Part shown: one piece after another, positions 12,791 to 25,080 of the stretch
How positions within the stretch are numbered: the first letter of the stretch is position 1
How the letters are laid out: each line of letters opens with the position of its first letter
Assembly (NCBI RefSeq): GCF_963921235.1
Contig: NC_086097.1
Coordinates: 90,894,001 to 90,958,000, forward strand
Origin: Mobula hypostoma
Taxonomy: Eukaryota
Reading direction: 5' to 3'
Length of the DNA: 64,000 bases
The notes under the pieces: generated by a model
The model's input: only the letters and a program-made list of their open reading frames with translations
Database searches by the model: none
What the model was told of the DNA's origin: nothing
Made by a program: the position numbers and the translations under genes

Positions 12791-13734
12791 TCTGGCCCCG
12801 TCCTGCTTGAGCAGGTCTGCATCGAAGGATGGATGGTTGATATGAGGGAGGAGGGGAAACTGAAGAGGATATGCTGATAACAGTCTGTGGCTTATAAGAC
12901 AAAGAATTTCTTGACTGCAGGGTCAATTGCACAGTACATGTTTTTAGTTGCTTTGTGTGTCTGCAAGGAAATGCAAAAATCGCTTGCTGCAGCCACAGTG
13001 GGCCTCCCCTTGAAGAGGCTCAGTTTAGCTTTAAGCAGTGCACACTGTCTTTAACTGAAACGGATCAATACTGGCTCCTTGCCTGTGTGATCTGTCAATG
13101 AACAGGGTGGTTCATGATGGCTTGAAGTTACAAAAATAGAAATAAGTAAGTGGCCCATATTCAGCACACCTCCACTTCCATCTCAGTGAGTGAGTGTTTG
13201 TTAACGGCACTCTCTCCTGTTTTCTTTCTCAGACTGTAGTTTGAAACTAGAGTGAGCATCTTTTCAAAGATACCTGTAAGTTGACAATAAACTAAAGTGG
13301 GTTATTATAGATACGTCGAATGAGCATGGAATGAGCTGTCAGCAGGAGTGGTAGATACAAGTTCGGTTCAAACACGTGAGAAATTTGGATAGATACATGG
13401 GTGAGAGGGGTCTGGACGGTGCAGGGAGATGGAATTAGGTAGAAGACCAGGTCAGCATGGACTAGATGGGTTTAAAAGCTTACTTCTAGGCTCTAGTGTT
13501 CTATGAGTCGATGTGAATATTTGATTATTAGTAGTAGTAATTAAAAATAAATCCATTGATGTTTGCTGTGCTGCTGGGTCCTTTGTTGAAGTTTCATGAC
13601 CTATCAGTCCCACCTCCCCACCTCCACTGAGGGGCACCAAGCTGATACTGGTGGTATTGGAAGATAGACTAGCACCTAAGACGCTGGTGTAACTGCAGAT
13701 CGTTGATCTCCACTGACCAGGGCAATACAGTGGC

Positions 13735-13910
13735 ATGGGGTAGAGCAGCTGTCTCTCCCTGCCAGAGACCCAGGTTCAGTCCTGGCTTTCAGTGTTGAAT
13801 GGCGTTAACACGTTCTGCCTGTGATGGCGTGGGTTTCCCCCGAGACGTTGGTTTCCTCTCACACCCCAAAGGTGTGCAAGTCAGTGGTTTAATTGGCCGC
13901 TGTAAACTAT
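13735..13910 (+). mobile_element. HE1-like SINE
   Basis: tRNA-like head (GAGACCCAGGTTCAGTCC) and core GTGGGTTTCCCC...GGTTTCCTCTCACACCCCAAAG. Confidence 0.6.
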
Positions 13911-13950
13911 GAACTCAAGATAGCCTCTGCCTCACAACCTTCAGTAGCTG

Positions 13951-14617
13951 TGGACATGGTGGAGGATTACACATACCTGGGGATACGAATTGACAATAAA
14001 CTGGACTGGTCTAAGAACACTGAGGCTGTCTACAAGAAGGGTCAGAGCCGTCTCTATTTCCTGAGGAGACTGAGGTCCTTTAACATCTGCCGGACGATGC
14101 TGAGAATGTTCTACGAGTCTGTGGTGGCCAGTGCTATCATGTTTGCTGTTGTGTGCTGGGGCAGCAGGCTGAGGGTAGCAGACACCAACAGAATCAACAA
14201 ACTCATTTGTAAGGCCAGTGATGTTGTGGGGATGGAACTGGACTCTCTCACGGTGGTGTCTGAAAAGAGGATGCTGTCTAAGTTGCATGCCATCTTGGAC
14301 AATGTCTCCCATCCACTACGTAATGTACTGGGTGGGCACAGGAGTACATTCAGCCAGAGACTCATTCCACCGAGATGCAGCACAGAGCGTCATAGGAAGT
14401 CATTCCTGCCTGTGGCCATCAAACTTTACAACTCCTCCCTTGGAGAGTCAGACACCCTGAGCCAATAGGCTGGTCCTGGACATTTCATAATTTACTGGCA
14501 TAGTTTACATATTACTATTTAACTATTTATGGTTCTATTACTATTTATTATTTATAGTGCAACTGCAACGAAAACCAATTTCCCTCGGGATTAATAAAGT
14601 ATGACTATGACTATGAC
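13951..14617 (+). mobile_element. Young 5'-truncated Rex1/Babar LINE
   Basis: Open frame YTYLGIRID...KGQSRLYFLRRLRSF...SFLPVAIKLYN to the stop at 14468. AATAAAG(TATGAC)n tail. 6-bp TSD TAGCTG (13945-13950 and 14618-14623). Confidence 0.9.
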
Positions 14618-14883
14618 TAGCTGATCTAAAGCCAGCCTTTGATCTCCACCAGTCACAACCCGGACAGGCAACGGGCTGGTCACTAAAGGATTCTGCCAAT
14701 GGTCAAGATCCCTTTTACTACCTCAGCTGGTTACGTACCATTCTTGAGTCAGCTTTAAAGGCATGCCTGCAGTGAGAATGAGAGTAATGGAGCACACAGC
14801 TTTGAAGAATTGTTGAATACGTCAAAGTCTCATCTGCTATATTCCAGTTACTCCTGTGTCTCAAAGGTAGCTTGCCACAGATG

Positions 14884-15320
14884 GGCGCTACTGTAAGGTA
14901 GCGGTTAGCACAAAGCTATTACAACTCAGGCCGATCCCGAGTTCAAAGTTCAATTCTGGCGCCATTCTTTAAGGAGTCTGTATGCCTTCCCCGGGGAATG
15001 TGTGGGTTTTTCCCGGGCGCTCCGGTTTGCCTCACAGTCCAAAGACCTACTGGGCAGGTTACTTGGTCATTGTAAATTGTTCTGTGATTAACTTAGGGTT
15101 GCAAACAACGGAAAATCTGCTGATGCTGGAAATCAAAGTAACACACACAAAATGTGGGAGAAACTCAGCAGGCCAGGCAGCATCTTTACTTCGGGCTGAG
15201 ACTCTTCATCAGGATTAGGTTAGGGTTAATCAGGTTTGGAGGCAGTGGCTGGTGTAGCATGTCTCGAAGGGCTGGAGGGGCCTTCAGCATAGTGTAAATC
15301 GCTAAATAAATAAATAAAAC
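14884..15320 (+). mobile_element. HE1-like SINE interrupted by a minus-strand Penelope terminal repeat (about 15103-15216)
   Basis: SINE head GGGCGCTACTGTAAGGTAGCGGTTAGCAC, core and (TAAA)n tail. TAGGGTT is repeated on either side of the insert, which carries CTGATGAAGAGTCTCAGCCCGAA on the minus strand. Confidence 0.75.
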
Positions 15321-15599
15321 ATGGAAATGTTTGGTCAGGCCCTTGCTCAACCGGTGATAATTTATTCCTGAGTTGTAAATGTGGGTAGGCCAGGGCTTTT
15401 GGTGTAAGGGGGAGCACACACCCTGTAGTCTTCAACCTGGGTTGAGCACATACATTCCATACAGACCAGGAATGTACATTATGTTGGGTAGATTTGGCTC
15501 AGATTCCGAATCACCCACCCCAGAACCTGCTTTTGGTTGTGCTTCATCATTTTAGCCATGGTTGGCCAAGCACGTTCATGAAATGAAGGCTGTTATCAC

Positions 15600-16580
15600 A
15601 GAACATAGAGCAAGGAACAGTATAGTACAAGACTGGACAATTCAGTCCCCAATGTTGTGCCAAGCTAATTAAATGCCATTCCCTTTGCCTACAAAATGTT
15701 AATATCACTCTATTCCCTCACATTCATGTGCCCATCTAAGAGCTTCTGAAATGCCACCCTCGCGTCAGCCTCTACCATCTCTCCTGAAGTACATTTCAGA
15801 CACCCACCTCTCTATGTGTAAAAAACTGACCTATTTATCTGATTTGAACTTTCCACTCTCACCTTAATTGTGTACTCCCTACTACTTTGATCCTAGGAAA
15901 AAATACCAGCTGTTTATCTCTGCCTCTCATAATAGAACATAGAACACTACAGCACAGCACAGGCCCTTCTGCCCACGATGTTGTGCCAACCTTACAACCT
16001 ACTCTAAAATCAATCTAACACTTCTCTCCAACATAACCCTCTAATTTTCTTTCATCCATGTGCCCATCTAAGAGTTTCTGAAATGTCCCTAATGTATCTG
16101 ACTCCACCACAGCCCCCGACAAGGTGTTCCTTATGCCCATGCTCTATGTGTAAAACTATTTATCTCTGAAATGCCTCCTATACTTCCCTCCACCTTAAAA
16201 TTATTCCTTTTGTATCAGACACATCTGACCTGAGAAAAAGTTTCTGGCTATTCCCTTGATCTACGTTTGTTATTATCTTGTACATCTCTATCAAGTTACC
16301 TCTCATCCCCCTCCTCTTCAAAGAGAAACGTCCTAGCTCACTCAAACTATGTTCTCAAGACATGCTCTCTAACCCAGGAAGCATCCTGGTAAATCTCTTG
16401 TGCAAACTCTGTAAAGCTTCTACATCCTTCCTGTAATGAGGTGACCAGAACTGAGAACAATATTCCAAGTATGGTCTAACCAGGGTTTTATAGAGCTGAA
16501 GCTCTTATAATCTTTTATCAAATCTCAGCTTCTGCCACTCCAGAGAAAACAAACACAAGTTTGTCCAATGTCTCCTTATT
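15600..16580 (-). mobile_element. Two nested, degraded CR1 3' fragments
   Basis: Two CR1 tails (GAACATAG... at 15600 and 15935), GGTGACCAGAACTG motif, and homology to other CR1 copies in the window. Confidence 0.75.
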
Positions 16581-16964
16581 AAATTCATTCTGTAAAACAA
16601 AAAGTCTGTCAACTTATTCTGACTTTCCCAAATGAAGCATACAGCCAATTTTCACAGTTCGATGTATAAAATCAGATCCCCCCTTGCATGTCCTGTGGTG
16701 AACATCTTGCAGAAAAATGTATTCATTGTTAACAGCAGTCTTCCAGATTCCACTAATGTTTAATCTGAAGTTAAAACCCCCTGGTGACTCACTCATGATG
16801 AACCATGATAGACTGAAGTCATGGTCTTCATAAAACCCAGAGGTAATCTGGTGGTAACAAATTCAGCAGGCTTTTATGTCGAAGGATCAGGAAGCTTGCT
16901 CCTTACAACTCCTGAGAGTTTCTCAATCGAGTTACTTGTGCTAGTAATGAAGGGCAATACAGAG

Positions 16965-17210
16965 GTGCAGTTGGTGTAGCTACTACCTCACAACTCAAGA
17001 GACCTTGAGATCATCTTCATCCCTGTACAAGATTTATATGTTCTGCCTTTGAGAGTATGAGTTTCCTCCCATGTCCCAAAGCTGTCTGGGGTGGTGAGTT
17101 AATTAGCTATTGCAAATTGCCCCAAACGCATGTGTGATAGAATCTGGAACGAAATAAGAGAAATATGGGGAAAATAGGTTGCAGGTAAAATTAGTGGGGG
17201 AGTAAGATTA
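16965..17210 (+). mobile_element. Degraded HE1-like SINE
   Basis: GTTTCCTCCCATGTCCCAAAG...TTAATTAGCTATTGCAAATTGCCCC core. Confidence 0.5.
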
Positions 17211-17599
17211 TTCTATGGGGCAGGCTCAGGTTCCATATTTTAATAACACATAAGGAAACTATTTGACATTGATATGGAATGGATGGTTCACATGGCCTAT
17301 TTACATGCCGTGTGGAAATATGGAAATTGATCCTGTTTGCTTCCACTTCCAAACATTCTGTTATTAATTGGAATTAATTTAGTATTATCATATGCACTGA
17401 GATAGAGTGGAAAACTTAGTTTTACATGCTGTCCACACAGATCATGTCAAAACATAAATACATTGAGATAGTAAGAAGGGGAAAACAACAACAGAATGCA
17501 GAATCTAATGTTACAGTTATGGAGAAAGTGTTGTGCAAGGAGACAAGTAAGGATTAAGAATAAATATGAAGTTGTTGTGTTTTGGGGAGACTGGAAGAA

Positions 17600-17766
17600 T
17601 GTGTACACTTTGTTTCTCTACTTTAAGCGAGGTGTGCACATATGACATGGTGACATGATGACGTGTGCCATTCACATACTTTTACATAGAACCTGCAATG
17701 CATTATGTAAACAAGAATGGTTAATCAAATAATATATTTACAATATTTCAAAATATTAAATACACA
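17600..17766 (-). mobile_element. LTR fragment homologous to the LTR at 34753-34970
   Basis: Reverse complement TGTGTATTTAATAT...AATATTGTAAATATATT...AACCATTCTT aligns with 34756-34900. Confidence 0.7.
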
Positions 17767-18359
17767 ATGGAAATACATTGTAAGGTCAAGAGTTCATTTT
17801 TAATGTGCAGCAGTAGTTTAGTAAGAGTGTTATAATCGTGGTATACTATATGTGGTGATATCAGAAGTGACCAGGGATACATGGACAGAGCCTAAAAACA
17901 TGTACAAGGATGCCACATGCAAATGAGCTGCAGCCATGACTGCCAGCAGAGCAACTTTCCTGACATGTTCCTGTAGGAGAGGATGAAATGGTATACGATG
18001 ATACTGCTTGTGGTCCCGTGTTCTGAGATACAGTGAAAAATTTTGCTGACCATGCCATCCACTCAAACTATGCTACAGTACACTGAGGTAGTAGAAGGAA
18101 AACAGAATGCAGAATATAGTGTTGCAGCTACAGAGAGAGTGCAGTATAGGCAGTCATGTAAAGTGAAAGGTCTGTAGCATGGTAGATTTAGGGTTCAAGG
18201 ATTCATCTTAGTGAATGACAGGTCCATTCAAGTGCCTGATAACTGCAAGATGTAAACGGTCCTTGAGCGTGCTGGCAAGTGTTCTCAAGCTTTTCTATCT
18301 TCTGCCTAACAGGAGAGGGGAGAAGTGAGAGCAACTGAGGTGAGAGGAGCCTTTGCTTA

Positions 18360-18942
18360 CACTGGAGAACAAAGATTTTGCTTCCTGAATACTTTTGGAT
18401 GTATCTTACAGATTTTGGGCTGCTGATCATGAAAATCATCAAGAAATTTCCCTATCACACATAATTTTTAAAAATCATCTATATTTGTTATTTCAATTCA
18501 TAATTTATAAATAACTGATGCCAAGATTAGGGAAGGCATTTTTGTTGGCCCACAAATCAAAGAGGTCAGCAATGACAGACAATTCAAATAATTTCTCCTG
18601 GGCCCAGAGAAATTCTCGTGGAAGGCATTCAAGCATATTGTTGGACAACTGGAATCCAACAGTGCTGGCTGATTATTTTCGGACACTTAAGTAAGAGGCC
18701 TCAGGTACTGAGTACAAATGAAAATCATCAACAAAACACTTTTAGCTTAGTTGAACTATTGGAAATTGTCAGCACCATTATACAATTAAATGCACTATAT
18801 TCAAAAAAAGTTAATTTCTCGTTTCTCCAAATTCATACATGATACAAGTAGTCTGAAGGTTAATTTGTGTCCAGTTTCAAGCGGTCTATCATAACCAAAA
18901 TTCTGAGGAAGCGACAATTTCCAAAAAATTGGTTGTGCAGTG
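18360..18942 (+). mobile_element. Internally deleted Chapaev3-like DNA transposon
   Basis: Termini CACTG...CAGTG with an imperfect TIR of about 20 bp. 3-bp TSD TTA (18357-18359 and 18943-18945). Transposase remnants TDAKIREGIFVGPQIKEV (about 18513-18570) and WNPTVLADY...KSSTKHF* (about 18650-18745). Confidence 0.75.
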
Positions 18943-18959
18943 TTATATTGATGTTTTCC

Positions 18960-20040
18960 TGTAATCATCTTGAAAAATTTTATTAATATCTTCATAGTTA
19001 CAAGCTAAACTACCATCTCTCTTACAAATTTTTAAACTTTGTCTTTTAGCTCTAACTGCTTTTAGTTGGGATGCTAGTAGCTTATTACTTTTATCTCCGC
19101 ACACGTAGAATTGACTTGTTAATTTAAGCAAATTTCTTTCAACAGGATGAGTTAATAATAAATTATATTGTGATTGAAGTTCAACCCTTTGTTTAAATAA
19201 ATCAATATTAGGAGAAAGTGTTATCCAAGTCTTTAATTTGTTTTGAAATCCTATCTAACTCTATTTTTGCCTGTTTCTTAAGCTTAGCCAAATAGGAGAT
19301 TATCTGATCTCACAAATACGCTTTAAGTGTACCCCATATAATCAATATCGCCATATCTTCCATTTTATTAAAAAGAAAAAAAATCTTTTATTTGAACCTC
19401 TATAAATTTGACAAAGTCCAAACTTTGTAATAAGTTTTCTGGAAAACGCCAAGGCAAGTTTACATTACTAACATCATTCAATTCAAAAGTTAAACTTAAA
19501 GGTGCATGATCCGAGACAGCAATAGCATCATATTCACATTTCTGGACTTTGGATGAAAATCAGAAATCAGCTATAAAATAATCAATTCACGAGTATTTTA
19601 TATGGACGTGTGAATAAAAAGAATAATCTCTATCATTAGGATGTAGATTTCTCCAGATTTCTATCAAACCATAATCAATTAAAAAGGAATTAATAAGTGA
19701 TACTGAACAACTCGGAAGCTGCTGAGTGGTTGAGCCCTTGTCAATAAAAGGGTTTAAACAGCAGTTGAAGTCACCTCCCATCAGCAGCATATATTCATTT
19801 AAGTCTGGTAATAAACCAAATACATTTTTGAAAAAAGAAGGATCACCTACATTAGGTCCATATAGATTAACCAAGACAATTTTTCTATTACAAATTGTTC
19901 CTTTAATAATTAAAAATCTAACATTGATATCTGAGACGATATCTTCTTGGATAAGTGAAATATTAGCTTTAATAAAAATAGATACTCCCTTTGTTTTATT
20001 TTGGCAAGTAGCATGATATTGAAGGCCCTTCCACGTTTTC
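18960..20040 (-). mobile_element. Internal L1 ORF2 fragment (endonuclease and linker only)
   Basis: ORF 19587-20042 (KGVSIFI, NLYGPN, GGDFN, YSFYSHVH) and ORF 18943-19131 (GDKSNKLLASQLK) are homologous to 7020-8100. Confidence 0.9.
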
Positions 20041-20077
20041 AAAAAATTTGTTGTGCAGTGTTATGTTGATGTTTTCC

Positions 20078-21230
20078 CACCCTATCTCCTGTAAAAATGC
20101 TATTCCCTTTTCTCAGTTTCTTCACCTCCACTGCATCTGTTCCCAAGACATGGTTTTCCTTTCCAGGATATCAGGGATTTCCTCCTTCTTTGAAAAACAG
20201 GGTTTCCCCCCCTCCATTGTTAATGTTGCCCTCACCCACATCTCCTCCATTTCCCATACATCCATGCTCAACCCTTCTTCTTGCCGCCTTAATGGTCATA
20301 GACTTCCTCTTGTCCTTACTTACCACCCCATCAACCTCTGCATCCAATACATTATCCTCCATAACTTCCACCATCTCAAAAGGGATCCAACCACTAAACA
20401 TATCTATACCTCACCCCCACCCTCAGATTTCCACAGGGATCATTTGCCATTTGTCCCTCCCCACTAATCTCCCTTCCAGCACTTATCCCTGCAGGTGGTC
20501 TAAGTGCTACCCCTGCCCCTTCACCTCCTTCATCACCTCCATTCAGGGCTCCAAACAGTCCTTCCAGGTCAGGCAACCCTTCCCCTATGAATCTGCTAGG
20601 TTTCCCAGTGCTGTTGATGCGGCCTCCTCTACATTGGTAAACTTGGTGGGGGGGGGCACTTCATCGAGCACCTCCACATCATCCACCACGAGCGAGAGTT
20701 CCTGGTGGCCAACACTTTAATTCTAATTCCCATTCCTGTTCCAATATGTCTGTCCATGGCCTCCTCTTGTGCCAAAATGAGCAACACCTTCTTTTTCATC
20801 TGAGTAACCTCAAACCTGATGGCAAGAATATTGATTTCTCCTTCTGGTAAACAAATTTCACCCCTCCCCCTTCCCCTATTCCCACTCTAACCTTTTACCT
20901 CTTCTCCCCTCATCTTTTACTCTCCCCAGTTCCCTTCTCCTTCCCTTTCTCTTATTGTCCACCCCCCCTCCAATCAGATTTCTTTTTTCCCCAGCCCTTG
21001 ACCATTCCCTCCCACCTGGCTTCACCTATCACGTTCCAGCTAACCACCTTCCCCTACCCCCAACCTTTTTATTCTGGCACTTTACCCCTTCCTTCTCAGT
21101 CTTGAAGAAGGGTCTTGGCCCGAAACATTGACATTCATTTCCAAGGATGTTGCCTGACTTGCTGAGTCCTCCAGCATTTTGTGTGCGTTGCTTTGGATTG
21201 CCAGCCTCTGCAGACTTTCTGGTGTCTTTG
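20078..21230 (+). mobile_element. Penelope-like element (Neptune-type) 3' half, degraded
   Basis: RT thumb HPISCKNAIPFSQFL...CICS, Cys-rich linker YPCRWSKCYPCP, GIY-YIG remnant CGLLYIG near 20620, pyrimidine-rich UTR and a terminal repeat with a decayed hammerhead at about 21097-21132. Confidence 0.85.
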
Positions 21231-21589
21231 ATTCTGTTGTCCACTTTCTTGAGGCAACAGGAAGTGTAGACAGGCTCAGCTTAGGGAAGGCTGGTCTATT
21301 TGATAGACTGTACTGAGTTCATAACTCTCTACAATTTTTTGTGGTTTGCAGTTGCCATATAAAGCCGTGATGCATTGAGGTAGGATGCTTTCTATGGAGC
21401 AACGAAAAAATTAGTAAGGGTCAAGGGTGACATGCCAAATTTCATTAGCCTTCTGAGGAATTAGAGCTTCCTTGGCCATTGCATCCACATGACTGGACAG
21501 GACAAATTGTTGGACAAATATTTAAGTACACCTTGCCGTTTGAAGTTCTCAACAATCTCGACATCAGCGCCATTGATCTGAAACCTAAC

Positions 21590-23570
21590 CGGGTTTAATA
21601 TCACTGGCACATGTCATGAAATTTAATGTTTTGCAGCAGCAGTGCATTGCAATACATAATAAAAACTATAAATTACAACAAGTATACATGAAGTATAAAT
21701 AAGTGTTGCAAAAACAGAGGGGATAAGAAAAGAAAAAAGGGTCGTAAAGAGAGCTTTTGGTACATTGGCCTTTATTAATCGAAGTATTGAGTATAAGAGC
21801 TGGAATGTTATGATGAGGTTGTATAAGGCATTGGTGAGGCCGAATCTGGAGTATTGTGTTCAGTTTTGTTCACCAAATTACAGGAAGGATATAAATAAGG
21901 TTGAAAGAGTGCAAGGATGTTGCTGGGACTTGAGAAACTCAGTTACAGAGAAAGGTTGAATAGGTTAGGACTTTATTCCCTGGAGCGTAGAAGAATGAGG
22001 GGAGATTTGATAGAGGTATACAAAATTATGATGGGTATAGATAGAGTGAATGCAAGCAGGCTTTTTCCACTGAGGCAAGGGGAGAAAAAAACCAGAGGAC
22101 ATGGGTTAAGGGTGAGGGGGGAAAAGTTTAAAGGGAACATTAGTGGGGGCTTCTTCACACAGAGAGTGGTGGGAGTATGGAATGAGCTGCCAGACGAGGT
22201 GGTAAATGCGGGTTCTTTTTTAACATTTAAGAATAAATTGGACAGATACATGGATGGGAGGTGTATGGAGGGATATGGTCCGTGTGCAGGTCAGTAGGAC
22301 TAGGCATAAAATGGTTCGGCACAGCCAAGAAGGGCCAAAAGGCCTGTTTCTGTGCTGTAGTTTCTATGGTTTCTAAGTGTCCATGGGTTCATTGTCCATT
22401 CAGAAATATGATGGCGGAGGGGAAGCAGCTGTTCCTTAAACAATGAGTGTGTGTCTTCAGGCTCCTGTACCACCTCCTTGATGGTAGCAATGAGAAGAGG
22501 GCACGTCCTGGGTGATTAGGGTCCTTAATGGTGGATGTTTGTTTGAGCCGGCACCTTTTGAAGGCATCCTGGATGCTGGGGAGGTGAGTGCCCGTGACAG
22601 AGCTGGCTGAGTTTACAACTTTCTGCAGCTTTTTCCGATCCTGTGCATTGACCCTTCCATACCAGATGGTGATGCAACCAGTTAGAGTGCTCTGCATGGT
22701 ATGCCTGCATAGATTTGCGAGTGTCCTTGGTGACATACCCAGTCTCCTCAAACTTCTAATGAAGTATAGTTGCTGTTGTGCCTTCTTTCTAGTTGCATCA
22801 ATATGTTGGGCCCAGGATAGATCCTCAGAGATGTAGTCTCCCAGGAACTTGAAACTGCTCACCATTTCCACTTCTGATCCCTCGATAAGGAGTGATGTGT
22901 GTTCACTTGACTTCCCCTTCCTGAAGTCCAGAAACAATCCTTTGGTCTTATTAACATTATTGCTGCGACACCCCTCAACCAGCTGGCCTACTTTGCTCCT
23001 GTATGCCTCCTCATCACCATCTGAAATTCTGCCAACAGAAGTTCTGTAGTCAGCAGATCTATAGATGACAATTGAGTTGTGCTAAGCCACACAATCATGG
23101 GTTTAGACAGAGTAGAGCAGGGGGCTAAGCATGCACCTCTGAGGTGCACCAGTATACGTTGGCAGCTGGGAGGGGATATCACCTATGATCTGCACAGAAT
23201 CCGGTGAGGATATCGAGGATCCAGTTTCAGAGAGAGGTACAGAGGTCCAGGTTTTGAAGCTTGTTTATTAGAACTGAGGGTATGATTGTGTTGAAAGCTG
23301 AGCTGTAGTCAATAAACAGCAGCCTGATGTTACTATTGTCCAGGTGAATTACGGCTGAGTGGAGAGCCAGTGAGATTGCATCTGCTCTAGACCTAGTGTG
23401 GAGATAAGCAGATTGCAGCCGGTCCAGGTCCTTGCCTAGGCAGGAGTTGATTCTAGCCATGACCAACCTCTCAATGCACTTCATCATAGTAGATGTGAGT
23501 GTCATTGGGTGACAGTGGTTCAGGCAGCTCACCCATCTCTTCTTGGGCACTGGTATCATTGTTGCTATTG
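21590..23570 (-). mobile_element. Rex1/Babar LINE RT fragment, degraded, with a CR1 inserted in its 3' UTR
   Basis: ORF 23227-23559 (IPVPKK, LFIDYSSAFNTI) and ORF 22389-22937 (DFRK, FKFLG, KKAQQQLYFIRSL). Confidence 0.88.
21740..22375 (+). mobile_element. Young 5'-truncated CR1 LINE
   Basis: ORFs 21765-21959 and 21917-22297 carry CR1 C-terminal motifs. Tail TTTCTATGGTTTCTA. Confidence 0.92.
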
Positions 23571-24002
23571 GTATAGACAGAGTTACGTATTCTGTCTCAC
23601 TCCTTTGTATTGTGAAATTAAGGTTATTTTCTTGATGTCATCTCATAAGCCTCTCTGTCCCCTTCCTGAACTCTGTCTCATTGTTATTCGATTCAGATGT
23701 AATCAGCCCTCTCTTGGTAGTGAGTGATGGTAATTTGATACAGATGGAAAGTTTCTGGAATGACACCCTTGTTTTGGGTTAACAAAGAGGAGCTCTCTCT
23801 GAATTAATGGTTGGAGGTGTTTCCTGATAAGAGCCACTCTCTCCCTCTACTACCCCCCCACCCCACTTCTTGAGCTCTTTCTCCCCGTAGTTTTGTACAG
23901 CAGTTGCTCCAATGGAAGCAACTGGCTTGTGCAGAAACCTGAGGACAATTCCCCCTAGCACCCACAACTCTCCCTGAGAAGCTTGCAGGTAAGTTTTTCC
24001 CA

Positions 24003-24482
24003 AGAACAAGAGATTCTGCAGATGCTTTTGCCACAATTATGTGGCAAAATTGTTTCCCATGGTGGAGGAGTCTAGTACGAGAGGGCATGACTTAAGGATT
24101 GAAGGGTGCCCATTCAGAACAGAGATGAAAAGAAATTTTTTTAGCCAGAGGGTGGTGAATCTATGGAATTTGTTGCCATGGGTGGCAGTGGAGGCCAAGT
24201 CATTGGGTGTATTTAAGACAGAGATTGATAGGTATCTGAGTAGCCAGGGCATCAAAGGTTATGGTGAGAAGGCGGGACTAAATGGGAGAATGGATCAGCT
24301 CATGATAAAATGGCGGAGCAGACTTGATGGGCCGAATGGCCGACTTCTGCTCCTTTATTTTGTGGTCTTGTGGTCTTATGCTGGATCCAGAGTAACACAC
24401 AAAATGCTGAAGGAACTCAGCAGGTCAGGCAACATCAATGGAAGGAAATAGTCAACGTTTGGGCTGCGATCCTTTATCAGAA
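24003..24482 (-). mobile_element. Penelope terminal repeat interrupted by a plus-strand CR1 3' fragment (about 24026-24377)
   Basis: The repeat is split at ATGCT, which is duplicated on both sides of the insert. The CR1 insert encodes RNFFSQRVVNLWNLLP and ends GGTCTTGTGGTCTT. Confidence 0.8.
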
Positions 24483-24489
24483 AGCATAC

Positions 24490-25080
24490 TGTATGAAAAT
24501 ATTTGTACCGATGTTTTTCATGCCATCTATACAGATTATTTCATCACATCAATACATTGAGGTAGTACAAGAAAGAAACAATAACAATGCAGAACAAAGT
24601 GATACAGTTACAGAGAATGTGCAGTGAAGGCAGACAGTAACATGCAAGGCGATAATAAGATGCAGTAAATTGTAGGGCCAAATGTCTATCCTATCATACT
24701 GCGGAATCATTCAATTGTCTAAAAGTTCAAACTGCATTTATTATCCAAGTACATATACATTATACATTCTTGAAATTTGGCTCCTAACAAGCAGCCATGA
24801 AACAAAGAAACCCAAAAGAACCCATAAATAAAAAAAGACCGTCGAACACCCAATGTGCAGAGAGGGAAAAAGCAAGCATATTGTGTTCTGCAAGATAGTC
24901 CCATAGTTCAGCACAGAGCAGAGTAAACCTCATGGACTGGTCAGTCCCTCGCCTCAGGCCCTGACTCCCTGACCTTTTCAATCTGGCCCGGCCAGATAAA
25001 TCTTGTAAGAGTGGGATAGAGACTGTCTTTGTGCCTGATGGTACATGCCTTGAGGCTTTTTGTATCTTCTGCTGATGGAG
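24490..25080 (-). mobile_element. Rex1/Babar-related 3' UTR fragments (nested)
   Basis: AAAGTTCAAACTGCATTTATTATCCAAGTACATATAC is the reverse complement of the tail at 335-375. A related piece lies at 47110-47380. Confidence 0.55.

Larger units (their letters stand above)
18020..21580 (-). mobile_element. Old Rex1/Babar-like LINE split by Chapaev3-like, L1 and Penelope insertions (own sequence about 18020-18359 and 21230-21580)
   Basis: Homology of both pieces to the minus-strand Rex1-like element at 22380-22940 and to 3' UTR copies at 17375-17560 and 24490-24715. Confidence 0.55.

Noticed and set aside
16614..16796. 60-aa ORF in unique sequence
   Set aside because: No recognisable motif or convincing splice context, and the length is expected by chance.
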